NCBI RefSeq assembly: GCF_018350175.1
Contig: NC_058368.1
Coordinates: 114,826,001 to 114,890,000, forward strand
Source: Felis catus
Taxonomy: Eukaryota
DNA: 64,000 bases
Direction: 5' to 3'
This document shows, piece after piece, positions 13,046-25,574 of this stretch. Position 1 is the stretch's first letter. Every line of letters starts with the position of its first letter. Made by a program: the position numbers and the translations under genes. The notes beneath the pieces were generated by a model. It made no database searches. It was not told where the DNA came from and worked only from the letters and a program-made list of their open reading frames with translations.

Positions 13046-13053
13046 AAGAAAGA

Positions 13054-13110
13054 GAAGGAAGGAAGGAAGGAAGGAAGGAAGGAAGGAAGGAAGGAAGGAA
13101 GGAAGGAAAG
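13054..13110. repeat. (GGAA)n tetranucleotide microsatellite grown from the SINE tail
   Basis: Directly visible run of GGAA units. Confidence 0.95.
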
Positions 13111-13384
13111 GAAAGGAAGAAGGGAGGGAAGAAGAAAGGGGTCTAAGACTGGGAAATGCTTAAAACAAAACTCCAGACCCTTGTGATCCCAGCCTGCACA
13201 AAGCCATCTCCTCTGTGAAGTCTCCCCGTTTTTTCCCCCTAAAGCTTTTTATCCAACAACATCGTTTTGACCCAAAGATCTCACACTGGATCCTTTACTG
13301 CCTTATATAGAATCTCTGACTGTTCCATAAAGAGCTGTTTTACTTTTTCCAGACATGTGTCCCCTCCATAGTGACACCACAACC

Positions 13385-13795
13385 ACCTGCATGGAAGGAT
13401 CCCTGTTTTGTTTTTTTGTTTTGTTTTTTGTTTTGTTTTTTTGTTTTTTTGTTTTTTTTGTTTTTTTTTTTTTTTTGAGTAATTTCTATGCTCAGGGCAC
13501 CTGGGTGGCTCAGTCACTTGGGCATCTGACTTTGGCTCAAGTCATGATCTCACAGTTCATGGGTTTGAACCCCTCATTGGGCCCTGTGCTGACAGCTCAG
13601 AGCTTGGAGCCTGCTTTCAATTCTGTGTCTCCCTCTCTCTGTCCTTCACCTACTCACACTCTGTCTTTCTCTCTCAAAAATAAGTAAAACATGAAAAAAA
13701 AAAAAGTAATCTCTATGCCCAATGTAGGGCTTGAACTCACGACCCTGAGATCTAGAGTTGCATGCTCTACCAACTGAGACAGCCAGGTACCCCTC
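13385..13795. mobile_element. Short minus-strand CAN-SINE split by a plus-strand CAN-SINE (13495-13705)
   Basis: TSD AGTAAT(T/C)TCTATGC(T/C)CA flanks the inner element; the outer element resumes as ATGTAGGGCTTGAACTCACGACCCTGAG. Confidence 0.88.
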
Positions 13796-14231
13796 TCACA
13801 GACCCTTAATGCACGAAAGAACTTTGGTCAATTCCTGGCCTTCCTTGCCTAATTTAAATGTAGCCCAACTGTCAGACCCTTGGGTTTATCCAAGTCTCCC
13901 AGCCTCTTGGAGTTATTCTTCCCTCCATGTTCAGTCATGCTGCCCTCCACCCTTATGTAAAATAGGAAACCTCATGCTCTCAACTGTAGGTCTTTGAGAA
14001 TTCTTGAGGGCTGGTTGTGGGTAGTGTTTAAGAAAACGGCTTTGGAGTATGGGTTCACATTCCAGCTCTGCCACTTAGTTTTGGTAGACCTTGGAAAACT
14101 CATTTAGCTTCTCTGTGCCTCAATTTTCTTATATATGAAATGGGGACAGTCAGAGCTCCTCCTTCATAGAGTTGATATGTACATTAAATGAGTTACTAGT
14201 AATATATGGATATAAAGCACTGAGAATTATA

Positions 14232-14443
14232 GGGGTGCTTGGGTGGTTCAGTCGGTTAAGCGTCCGACTTCGGCTCAGGTCATGATTACATGGCTCATGA
14301 GTTCAAGCCCCATGTCGGTCTTCTGCTGACAGCTCATAGCCTGGAGTTTCTGATTCTATGTCTCCCTCTCTCTCTCTGCCCCTCCCCCTCTCACACTCTG
14401 TCTCTCTCTCTCTCTCAAAAATAATAAATAAACCTTAAAAAAA
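14232..14443 (+). mobile_element. CAN-SINE inside a MIR (about 14030-14480)
   Basis: SINE head, CT tract and tail; TSD AGAA(T/C)TATA; MIR core CTCTGTGCCTCAATTTTCTTAT..TGAAATGGGGA upstream. Confidence 0.88.
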
Positions 14444-15759
14444 AGAACTATATCTGCCACTCCACAAGTGCTGGAAGTGTATTTGCTCTTACTATCTGTA
14501 TCTGCTGAATTCTTGACCTACTCTGCACCCCATCCCTTTCTCCTCTCATGCTGCCAATATCTCTTCACTCTCCAAAGTATCCCTAATTAAAGACTAAGTG
14601 TGGTAATCCTACTAAAAGCTTGAGCAAAACAAAAGGGGCCACATACCACACAGCCATCAACTTACAAACGTGTCTTTGGCATCATTGTTATTTAAAGTCC
14701 CTGGTTATTCCTGCCACTAGGTATCTCTCAACCACTGTCTAACCCTTCTTCTCTAATGCTAGCCTCCTGTCTTTTTGTGTACACCCACTTTCCATCAACA
14801 CTTTCTCACATGTCCTCCCTCTTTCCCTCAGCCCTTTGCCCGGAAACTCAAGATTTCATAAGGGAGAAATTCACCTGTCTTGCTAAGCCTCACTGCATGA
14901 GGTGGGCAGAGGGGTGTGGGGACTGGCAGGGAGATGTATCTTTTATATCCAAAGAGTCCTTTCTACTAAACATGGCTCTCTTTTTACCAAGACTTAAAGA
15001 GGCCCAGCCCCAGTGTTCACCTAGGCAGGAAGAAGTTACCATTTCCCTAAGGAAAGCACTGCACACCCAGTAGAAGCTACATAAAGCCCACACTGCACAA
15101 AGCACTAGCCAAAACACAGCATGAGTAAAAGCAGCTTCTTTGTGCCACTTGGCTGACATAATTTGTTACTAGGCCCAGATGATTGGGGAGTTATTGTTTT
15201 CAAGGGAGGGTCGGAGGTGATATTTCAGCCTATTAAGGCTTCTGCTTCCCAAGGCCTGATTTTCCTCTGGCACAGCATCGAACTTTTTCTTGAGCTGCCA
15301 AGGAAGGCAGGATTTCAGCCGAAGGTAATTTATGTTAATTTTTTCCCTTTCTGGTCCATTAAATTTTGTGATGTTAATATATATTACATGGGGCCTCCTT
15401 GCTGCTCGAGCTGCAGTATCCATTGGGTGCTGCAGGGTCCCCGCAGGGGGCTGCCTGCCCACACAACTTCCAGGGCCCCATGCCTGCCCTTCCTGTACTG
15501 CGGGGCGGCAGGGGGAGGGGACTTTCCACTGTTGGAGGCTTTCGTGAGGGGAGGTAGGCTCCCCTCTGCTGAGATGAAAGTTAATGATCCCCTGTAGTGG
15601 GACTACTGGAAACTCTGGGAGGGTAATGCTGCTGATGAAGACCTCTGGGCGTTTCTTTGGAGTTCCTTTTGGCCACCCTCGTTCTAAGCTCAGTTTGATA
15701 GAATGCTAATGGAGGATCTCCTGAAAGAGGCTAGGGAGGAATAAATTGAGCAACACACA

Positions 15760-15782
15760 TTTTTTTTTTAAAGTTTATTTAT

Positions 15783-15825
<43 letters not shown>

Positions 15826-15990
15826 GAGCGGGGGGAGGGGCAGAGAGAGGAGAGAGAGAATCCCAAGCAGGCTCCAAGCTGTCAGCACAGAGCCCCATGA
15901 GAGGCTGCATCCCATAAACATGATCTCATGATCGTGACCTGAGCTAAAATCAAGAATCAGACGCTTAACCAACTGAGCCACCCAGGTTCC
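15760..15990 (-). mobile_element. CAN-SINE with long (GA)n
   Basis: Reverse SINE body; GAGCAACACACATTT repeated on both sides. Confidence 0.9.
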
Positions 15991-16194
15991 CTCCCCGCCC
16001 ACACACACTTTTTAAGTGAGCAACACACATTTCATGAGCATCTATTACATGTGCTTTCTTGAGGGGGTTGGCTTGGAGGATTACAATAGGAATAAAAAAT
16101 AAATAAAATAGTAATAAAAAAACACTCCCTGTCCTGCAGATGTTTTCTTTCTTGATCGTTGGAGGATGAGGAAAAGGAAAGATGTACACAAGTA

Positions 16195-16680
16195 TGGTCA
16201 GTTCTGTTACAAGGTGATGTGGAGTTGTGCAAAATCTCTTAGGGCTTACGGGAAAAAAGGGGTTGGGGGCACAACAGTGACAAGTCCACCAGTGACACAT
16301 TAAAAAAAGATAGGAACTTAATAAAAATGGTAGCACAGCTTTATGGGTGTTAAGTGGTTAAGAAAAACATAAATACTATGGTAGATATGGCACTTTGATG
16401 TGAAAAGTGAAGTCGGCCTGTGGAAGTGGATGTTGGGAATGTTGCAGCTTGGGACTGGTTGTGAAGTGGTGGAGCAAGGGTTCTCTGAAATTTGACAGAC
16501 TTTTGTGACAGTAGGTGTGGATGGCTCCCCACATGCTCTGTGTGTGCCATTTGAGTGTGTTTTGTAATTTCTATGTGGGTTGGTTTGGATGGGGGCATTT
16601 GTTACGTGGTCACCTACTATTTCCTGTGGATGAAGTGGCACCAGAGCAAATGAGAAATTTCCATTTTTACTCCGATGAAC
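16195..16680 (+). mobile_element. Old TcMar-Tigger DNA transposon fossil (Tigger13-like)
   Basis: GGGGTTGGGGGCACAACA..CAGTGACACATTAAAAAAAGATAGGAACTTAATAAAAATGGTAGCACAG matches my recollection of Tigger13a; strand is tentative. Confidence 0.55.
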
Positions 16681-17335
16681 AGCAAGTTTTCATGTTGGGT
16701 TGTGTTGTTTTTTTCCCCCCAAGCCCGATCTCACTAATGGGACTATCCTGGAGTGGGTGGGAGACAGGAGGGTGTCCTGGAGGGCAGCCAGATTGGCAAG
16801 AAATCTAGAGTCAGGGATTGTCTGAACCGTGTAGACCTGAATTCCGCTTGTTGGCTGTACTCCTGAGGGAGTGCACTAGAGAGGCTGGACCCCCAACAGC
16901 CCCCTGCCTCAAAGTCTGGCCTCCACATAGCAGTACTTCCTGATCCAAAGGGACCAGTGGGCTGGGATTATAGATGTGTCTGTCAGGGGTGGCCCATGTG
17001 GCTGACATGTGGAAGAACCTCCCTGATCCTGCTTGAGACACTGAGCTCTGTGGGGATGGGCAGAATGGCTGGGCTTCAGTGTTCTACCACCCTCAAGAGA
17101 TGAGTATTTGCAGTCATCTGTAAGTGAGTTTGAGGAAGAGAAAGAAATGTAGTTACTTGAGAAGCATTGTGGATGGGCTGGTGTTTGGACTTGGATATGA
17201 GGGAGACTAGAAAGATTAGGAGGTGGGGTTGGGAATGGTGAGTGCTTCTACAACATAGATTCCACATTCTGAGTCCAATAGTCAACTTCAGAGTATCTTC
17301 TGGGACCTTATCAAGGGGTGTAAAGGATCCTCTCA

Positions 17336-17446
17336 GGGACGCCTGGGTGGGTCAGTCTGTTGAGCATCCCAGTCTTGATTTCAGCACCGGTCATGATTCC
17401 AGAGTCATGGGAATGAGCCCCGTGCTGAGCCTTGAGCCTGCTTAAG

Positions 17447-17500
<54 letters not shown>

Positions 17501-17525
17501 TGTCTCTAAAATACATACATAAGTA
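17336..17525 (+). mobile_element. CAN-SINE with long (CT)n
   Basis: GGGACGCCTGGGTGGGTCAG head; GAGCCTGCTTAAGATTCTCTC. Confidence 0.88.
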
Positions 17526-19264
17526 AAGAGATACTTTCATTCAGGCAATTCAATAAACATTGGTAAAGAACAACTTTTAATCTTTTTTCATTTTGAGGAG
17601 GGTGGGTATTACATACTCGGATATCTGTGCCAAGACAAAGATAATAAATACCTCCCTCCAGCAGGTGAAATAAAGGATACAGGGCAAAAAAATCTGGGTT
17701 TGAATCCCAGGTTCCTCTCAGGCTAGCTGTGTGAAGCTCAGTTAATTAACTACTTTCTTCAGAGCCTCAGTTTACCCATAAAATGGGGCCCTCATAGATT
17801 TGAAATGAGGAATACATTATATATATAAAATTATCTTGAAAGAGCCCAGTAAATGCTGATTCCCCTTTTCCATAGAACTAGCCAAAGCTGCTGCTAGTAG
17901 CTTTGGCCCCAGAATCTTCTTGCGGTATGCTGCCTGATGTCTCCACTGTTTGACCTGGATTCTCCATGGCTTGCTCAGATCCCTTCATGGCTTTTTCTCG
18001 CCTGCATTAATTCTAAGCACCTGCTTGTTATTAAAGCAAAATTCTCTCCTTGCCTGGTGCCTTATGATCTGAAAGAGCAGCTGTAAATAGAAAGCGTGCT
18101 CCCTATGATGCAGCACTATTGGCATTTTGCTCTTTAAAGGTTAATGGCCAGGGCTGTACCTTTAGAAAACTCGGCCTACAGTACTCACCAGAAATTATTG
18201 CACAGGGAGGCACGGCTGAGAGGGGGAGGCTGTTGGAGTTCTGCGGAGTGGCATGGTGATTTCTGTAGGAAGAAGGGTACATTCTGGAAGAAAAGATGGG
18301 TCATTGGAAGCCCCCAGCCATGAGAGGTAGCAGGACTGTGGCTTCCTTCTCGCCTCTTTCCTGGACTGACTTATTGCCTGTCCCTTGCTGGAGAGAGAGA
18401 CAGCGAGCGAGCGCTCCTGGGAGGATTTGTGGTGATAATTCAGAGCCTGATCACGCTTCAGTTGCAATTTATTTAAAGTTGACAATAGGGTTCCTGCCTT
18501 TTATAAGCAGATTCCCAGCGTTTGAATCTCTGAGCCTGGATTTTTTTTTTTTTTTTTTGTCATGATGAGAAAGTAGTTAAATTTCACACTTATTATAGCA
18601 CCTGGCACTTGACACCCTCCAGAGACTTTAAAAACGAATGAAATAAAACCCTCGGCACCACTGTAAACAGGGAAGAGGGAAGAGAGACCAGATCCCATAT
18701 CCCCTCTCCACAGGAGACAAACTCGCCTCACCTCCACCTCATTTTTTTTAGGCCAGTCTTCAAAGGGCTTTTGACTGGTCATCAGACAGGTGCTAGCTCA
18801 GAGCATCTCCTGGAGGTCAGGATCTGCCTGAAAAGTGGGTCAACCTGGCACCAGCATACAAGCCTAACCTACTGGAGATAAGACTTCCAGACCCAGGAAT
18901 CCTGCTCCAGCTTCCCAATCTCAGTATCAGATAATAATAACCAGTTAGAGAAGCTAGATGGATCTTTGTCAAATGTGTCCAGTTGTTGAAGTAGGTGGGC
19001 ATATCTGCCCAGGGATGAAAAGGTGAATGCAGGATTGGCAGTGTGATTCAGCTGAGGAAAAAAAAAGTACAACCATATGATTTCTCCCCAACCCTACAAT
19101 CCAGTGAGTCCTGATATCCCATCCCTGATTGGGTCCCTATTGAAAAAACAGTGGCCTTTAGAGTCAGAAACCTGAGTTGACATTGTCCTTCTGCTGCTTA
19201 ATAGCCTTAAAACTTAATTTCTCCAAGTCTCAGTTTCCACATCTGTGCAACAGGAATACAATAC

Positions 19265-20016
19265 TGTTATAGTTTTCTATTGCTGTGTATCCAACAATCC
19301 CAAACTTAGTGGTATAAAAAAACAACCCATTTGTCATGCTCACAGAATCTGTGGGTCACTAATTTGGACAAGGCACAATGAGAATGGGTTGTTTCTGCTG
19401 CATGATATCTGGGGTTCATCTGGGATGACCCGAAACTGGGGTCACTTGGGACTGTTGACCTTAGTATATATTCATGGCCTCTCCACAGGGTTTGGGCTTC
19501 CTCTCAGCACCAAGCATAGTGCCCCTGGGCTCTGGGACTTCTTACATGATGACTCATGGTTCTGACAATGAGTATCCCAGCCAATGGGGCAGGAACTTCA
19601 TGGCCTTTGATGATATGGCAGTGAAAGCATAGCACTATTTCTATCATACTCTGCAGTCAAAGAAGTCACCAGTCTGGCCAGTTTCAAGGGAAGAGTACAT
19701 AGGGTTGACACCATCTCTCAGAGATGGGGGATCAAAGAGTTTGAAGCCGGGGCACCTGGGTGGCTCAGTCGGTTAAGCGTCCGACTTCAGCCAGGTCACA
19801 ATCTCGCGGTCCGTGAGTTCGAGCCCCACATCAGGCTCTGGGCTGATGGCTCGGAGCCTGGAGCCTGTTTCCGATTCTGTGTCTCCCTCTCTCTCTGCCC
19901 CTCCCCCGTTCATGCTCTGTCTCTCTCTGTCCCAAAAATAAATAAACGTTGGAAAAAAAAAAATTAAAAAAAAAAAAAAAAAAAAAGAGTTTGAAGCCAT
20001 GTTCTAAACCTACCAC
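19265..20016 (-). mobile_element. MaLR LTR (MLT1F/G-like), split by a young SINE
   Basis: TTTCTATTGCTGTGT..CCCAAACTTAGTGG, GCTCACAGAATCTGTGGGTCA, ending AAACCTACCAC. Confidence 0.75.
19749..19983 (+). mobile_element. Young felid-type CAN-SINE
   Basis: Near-consensus body, long A tail, perfect 15-bp TSD AAAGAGTTTGAAGCC (19734-19748 and 19984-19998). Confidence 0.96.
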
Positions 20017-20880
20017 CAAAACCTCTCTCTCTCTCTTGGATCCTGTTACTAATGAAATAATAATACTATACATAGTAGAGCTTCAATAAATAGTATCCTG
20101 TATCTCCTTATCTCCTTTATGCCTTCCAGAACAGTTTGCCCTCACTCCAAAGGAGAAGATCACAACCATATTGCCAAAATAACTAAAATTGCTTTGGTCT
20201 TTTCTGTCTTATGTCCCTTTTTAGACTATTACAAGGCCTGGGGAAATGGTCCCTCCCTGCCAAATCTTAGGGTGATGACCTGGGCCAGGCAGATGGTTTT
20301 ATGACCCTTGAGTATTTTCAGATCTACTTCTCACAGCAAATTAAAAGAGGGAAAACTAAGTCCAGAGCTTGAACCCTCTGCTGATAGGGAAGCCAGCCAT
20401 GTGATTCAGTTCTAAGCATGTCCACACCTTGTGCTACAGCTTTAAGATAATTCTATATTTGAGTGTGTACTTCCTTCATGCCCTGTAAGGAAACAATCCA
20501 GGGAGGTGTTTACATCTTGGAAAGAGCAGTCCAATGAGGCAAATAGACTGAATCAGAGGAGGGCTTCCAGGTTTGGAGCCCACACAGAGAACACAAATTC
20601 CAGTTATAAAATCCATCTCCAACCTTTCTTGAGGTCCAAGTTTCGTTTACTCTTGCAAGTTCGCTTCTTTTGTTCACAGAGAGAGTAGAAGCTTTGAGGG
20701 GCTTAGAGAAAGACCTCTTACACCAAATCATTCTCACAAGACCACAAGGAAGAGATGAGTGTAAAGGAATCAGGAACATAAGGCTTCTTTCTCCCCTGAG
20801 ATTGTTTAAAGGAGCATAAATTAAGGGAATAAACTACTATGGGAAAGAAAAGTGTGAAGTGTTCTAGCCAACTTTGAGGC

Positions 20881-21106
20881 TTTTTTTTTTTTTAATTAAA
20901 GTTTTTTTAAATGTTTATTTTTGAGAGGGAGAGAGACAGAGCATGAGCAGGGTAGGGTCAGAGAGAGGGTGACAGAGAATCCAAAGTAGGCTCCAGGCTC
21001 CAAGCTTTCAGCACAGAGCCTGACGTGGGGCTCAAACCCATGAACTGTGAGATCATGACCTGAGCCAAAGTTGGACGCTGAACAAACTGTGCCACCCAGG
21101 TGCCCC
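20881..21106 (-). mobile_element. CAN-SINE
   Basis: Reverse body; TSD TGAGGCTT. Confidence 0.9.
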
Positions 21107-21261
21107 TGAGGCTTGGCAAGCACCTTTGGAATCGGGTTGTACTGCTTTCTGTTGGGGCTACCAAGTGATGCTGGTGAGCAGGTAGACAATGGGAACCATT
21201 TGGGACAAGCAGAAAGGCTCTGGTTATCAAGGGTAACGTGAAAGCATGAAAAGTGGTATAC

Positions 21262-22057
21262 TATTTATTGCTCTGTAACAAATTACCCCCAAAATATAGT
21301 GGCTTAAAAAGATGTATTATCTCACACAGTTTCTGAGGGTCAGAAATCAGGGAGCAGCTTAGCGAGGTGGTTCTCTCTCAGGAGGTTGCATCACCTGGGG
21401 CTCAACTGGAGCTGGAGGATCTGCTTCTCAGATGAGTCACCCATGTAGCTGTCTGCTGGAAGTCTCAGTTTCTCCGCAGAGATATTTGTGATATGGCAGC
21501 TGAATTTCAGAGCAAATGATCTGAGAGAGAGCCCAAGACAGAAGCTGGGGGCGCCTGGGTGACTCAGTGGGTTAAGTGTCTGACTCTTGATTTCAGCTCA
21601 GGTCATGATCTCATGGTTCTTAAGATGGAGCCCCATGTCGGGCTCCACGCCGACAGCACAGATCCTGCTTGGGATTCTGACTCCCCCAACGCCCCTTTCT
21701 GACCCTTCCCCTGCTTGTGCGCACACATGTGTGTTCTCTTTCTCTCAAAATAAATAAATAAGCTTAAAAAAAAAAAGCTGCAGTGTCTTTTATACCCTAA
21801 TCTCAGAAATTACAATTACATTATGTCTGCAGGTTTTTGGGGTTTTTTTTAGATTTTATTTTTTATTTTTAAGTAATCTCTACACCTGACGCGGGGCTTG
21901 AACTAACAACCCCAAGATCAAGAGTTGCATGCTCTACTAAGGCACCCCACTTCTGCTGTTTTATTTTGGTCATATACACTGACTCTGTCACAGTGTTGGA
22001 AGGAATTAGGCCAGCTGTATGTATCAGGAGGTAAGGATTACTGGAGGCTGGATACAG
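21262..22057 (-). mobile_element. MaLR LTR (MLT1H-like) containing two SINEs (21547-21776 +, 21850-21948 -)
   Basis: ATTGCTCTGTAACAAATTACCCCCAAAATATAGTGGCTTAAAA, CACAGTTTCTGAGGGTCAGAAATC, GAAGCTGCAGTGTCTTTTAT; TSD AAGCTG around the inner SINE. Confidence 0.75.
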
Positions 22058-22564
22058 ATGGGTGGGGGCCCAGAGCCCAGGAGGGCAAGCGGTCTGGGCT
22101 CTTCCCCTGAGGCTTTTTGGTTCAGAGAAGGGCAACCTTTCTATGATCTCCACCCCATTTCTGTCTTCTCCACCCCTAATGAGCTGTAAACTCTGTGAGG
22201 ACAGGGACTGTGTAACTGTGTCTATCTTATTCATTGCTCCTCCTAGTGCCTGGCACATCTGGTACATAGTAAAGACCTTGATAAATGTTTGTTGATTAAG
22301 GAGACACATAGGAAAAGACCAAAGTAGATTAGGCTAAAAACAAAAAACAAAACAAAACAAACCATGGTAAATTGGATTAAAGTATTGAATTCCAGGCTCA
22401 GGAATGTGGACTTTGTATCATGGGTGATGGGAAGCTACTGGGCCGGGCACCTTTAGACCCAGTTTGTATGCAGGCTCTGGCTGCTTCTGCTGCCTAGAAC
22501 ACTCTTCACAACTCCTGCCCAGCATTAAAGAAGGGTAATAACAGAACAAAGTGTTGGAGAAAAC

Positions 22565-22568
<4 letters not shown>

Positions 22569-22612
<44 letters not shown>
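22569..22612. repeat. (TG)n microsatellite
   Basis: Directly visible. Confidence 0.97.
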
Positions 22613-22615
<3 letters not shown>

Positions 22616-22859
22616 AAAAGCTCCAGTAGAAGGAAAATATTCCAAGCCCAAAGCAAAGGAAAAAGGAATGGATGGAGATTCAAAGACATTTTGAGGTGGG
22701 GAAGAGAGACCTTTCCAGGCCACAGGGACCAGAGAAAGGAGGCAGAGTGAGGGACTTTGCACTGCCTTGCCTGGCTACTGGGAGTGATGAGGGAAAGGGA
22801 GGGGCTGTTTAGTTTCAAGGGATAGAAACCCCAAACTGGCTCAAGGTCCGGGCTGTTGA

Positions 22860-23335
22860 TTAGAAGGCTCCTGCGGCTTTTGTTGCCCTGTCCCAGTCCT
22901 CTCGGTGCTCATCTCTGTACCAGAGCCTGCTTACAGCAGCACCTGGGACCCTGCCTGACGGCTTCATTCTGGCCAAGGGAACACTTGGCCTCTGCACAGG
23001 ATAAATGGGAAGTGCCAGGGAGTTCATGGGTCACCTCCAGAAGCAGCTCTCAGCTCTCAACCAATGACAGAAGTGTGTGTGTAGCCCAGCTTCCTCATTC
23101 CTAAGCAGGGCCCGCCCTGAGGCACCTCCCACATTGTCCGGTAGAGTTCCCGCAGTTCTGAGCTCCAGTTGTCCCAGTAGTAATTTAACACCTTACAGCA
23201 CACCCTCTTATGGCTTCCTTCTTTGTCTCACTTTCTCACTCCCTACCAGTGCTTCCTGGAGTCACCTCCTAAATAGAGTATTTGTGCTTGAACCCCTGTT
23301 TCAGGGTTTGTTTTGGAGGAACCCAAACCAAGACA
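22860..23335 (+). mobile_element. ERVL solo LTR (LTR16-like)
   Basis: GGAAGTGCCAGGGAGTT, CTCAACCAATGACAG, CAGTGCTTCCTGGAGTCACCTCCTAAATA, ending GGAACCCAAACCAAGACA. Confidence 0.75.
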
Positions 23336-25532
23336 GACATCTCACAAAACACAAGCATAGATGTCAGTCTTTAGGTCTAACTTGGAGGACATGAAAGGCA
23401 GGGCCTGCTTTTCCAAAGCCCAGTGTCAAGATGAAGTGCTTACAAGATGCTTCTCCCTCTTTATAGTCTAGCTCAGGTGGTTATTAGCTAACAGAGTCCC
23501 TGTCTCTTGTCTCCATCTTTTCAAAACCTGCCTTCTAATTGCCTCGTTTGGTATATGCCACTGAGCTCATCTTATGTCTGATGTATCTGAAAGAGCTTCA
23601 TAAATGGAAAAGCCTTGAGCAAACGGAACAGGTGGAGAAGGGGGGAGAAGAAGAAAGAGGAGGAGGAAGAAGAACAAGAGGCAGGAAGATGGAGGGGCTA
23701 GAAAGTAGCACACGTAATGCATAATGCAGCGTCAGACACAGAGGAGGCAAGGGCAGGGCAAGGGGAGGCAGGTCACAGAAAGCGGCTAGAGCTGGGGGCT
23801 GAGCTTTTGTAAGAAGCTGATGCTGAAATAAAGCCTGTGAATAGCATACATGGGCCTCTGCTTGCAGCTAGTTTTTCAACTCTCCTTGGCTTCTTTTTAA
23901 GTTCCAGCAGGCTGACATGTGGTAGACTGGAGCTGCATTGGCGATGCTGGGCTGCTCACAGCTCTCACAGCTGTGCGGCATTTCTTTGTTTTCCTCTCTC
24001 GTGTCTGTCTGTATCCACTGGCAACTAGCAGGGTGGGTCCCGGGAGGGGTGCCTCAGAGGACCTGCAGAACTGAGGCATAGGCTCTCCTGGGCTGTGTGG
24101 TACTCCGAGCACAAGGATCCCTCCCTGGAGCTGACCTGCAGACCACCGGGCACACAGTATGGGCTTTCTTCAAAGCTGAAATCCCGGGGTGGGGCAAGGG
24201 TGAGAGTGGACCCTGAGGAGCGGGGGAGGAGGGGCTTGGGTCAAATGTCAGCTAGGCCAACCCAGACCTCTGGGCTTTCTGGGGGAGATCAGGCAAAGAC
24301 TGCAAATGTGATGGACAAAGAATGTGGGGGTGGCTGGGATGAAAGCTCCCTTTGCCCTTTTCCCCCAGAGGAGACTCTGCTTGTTGCCTTCCTGGAATCC
24401 TCCTGCCAGGAGAGCTGGAGTGAGGAAAAGGGCTGGGTTTGCTACTCCTGGGGCTGGGAGGTGGAGAATTGTTGAGAGCTGAGGCAACAAGCCCGGGGAG
24501 GGTGAGGTAATGGCTCAAACCGGGGTGAGGCCGATTTGGGGTGGGTAAAGTCTTTGTTGTGTTCATTCATTCATGCATGCATTCATTCACACATTCATCT
24601 ACTTGCAGACTTTTATTAGATTCCTGCTGAGTGCTGAAGCTGCTCAGGTGCACAAAGCTTCCTGATTTGCGTGTCAGGTTGCTGCCCTGGGGATGGCTCA
24701 CCTGCTGTGGTGGAACCGATGTTTTTCTGTTCTCTGAGGAGCAAATTACAATCGTTCAGGCACACGGGGTAGGTATGACTTTCAGACTGCTGCCTGTGGA
24801 GGGGATGAGCTTACAGGGGTAGGAGGTCTGGCAGGATTGGTGTGTCTCACTTTCCTGCCCTTCCCCCACATTCCTCTGGGCTCTGAGGGTAGGTACACTC
24901 CTGTCTTTCGAAGCATGTCCTTTTTACTTGGGCAATCTGCCCTTTTGCTTCTGCAGTTTTCCACTCCAGTCTACAGAATGGAAGGAACTTGCAAGATGAT
25001 ATATTTTCCCTTCCTTCCGTCCCTTCTCTTTCCTTTCCTTCTAGTATTTAACTGGCCATCTACCAAGAGCCTGGCACTGTACCAGGTACCTTCCTTAAGG
25101 CTGTTGAGAAGAAATGGTGCTTTCTCTGACAAGAAATATTCTGTTGTCATTCCTCTCTCTCTGGCCACAGGGAACTACACAGAGGGGGCTTTTCTCCCTC
25201 TCTCTTTTTCTCTGCCTCAGTTCATTTCTCTGAAGTCCCAAAAGCTAGCCCTTGGCTCCCTTCTTGTGGACAGTCCATTACAGCCTCCCTTCCTTTCCCC
25301 ATTTTCTGTGGCATCTAGGGGCCAGATGAGGCCAGGGTACCCTGGGTCCTGCTCTCTCTGCCTGTGTCCATCTGTGAGCACTGTGGCCACATTAGGGCCT
25401 CTGGGATCAAGCTCTCGGGAGCCAGGACATTTTCTCACAAACCCCGAGGAGACCTAAACTACCACAGACCTAAACTACCAGGATGCCAAAGGTTCCTTTC
25501 CATGTGGCTCTTGCCTTAATAACCTATTCGCA

Positions 25533-25534
<2 letters not shown>

Positions 25535-25570
<36 letters not shown>
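25535..25570. repeat. (TG)n microsatellite
   Basis: Directly visible. Confidence 0.97.

Positions 25571-25574
<4 letters not shown>

Noticed and set aside
24837..25457. 206-aa plus-strand ORF
   Set aside because: Starts at a non-ATG codon, has Leu/Ser/Pro/Phe bias from pyrimidine-rich DNA, and shows no recognisable motif or exon structure.
25451..25482. Tandem AGACCTAAACTACCA duplication
   Set aside because: Ordinary short slippage duplication with no further structure.
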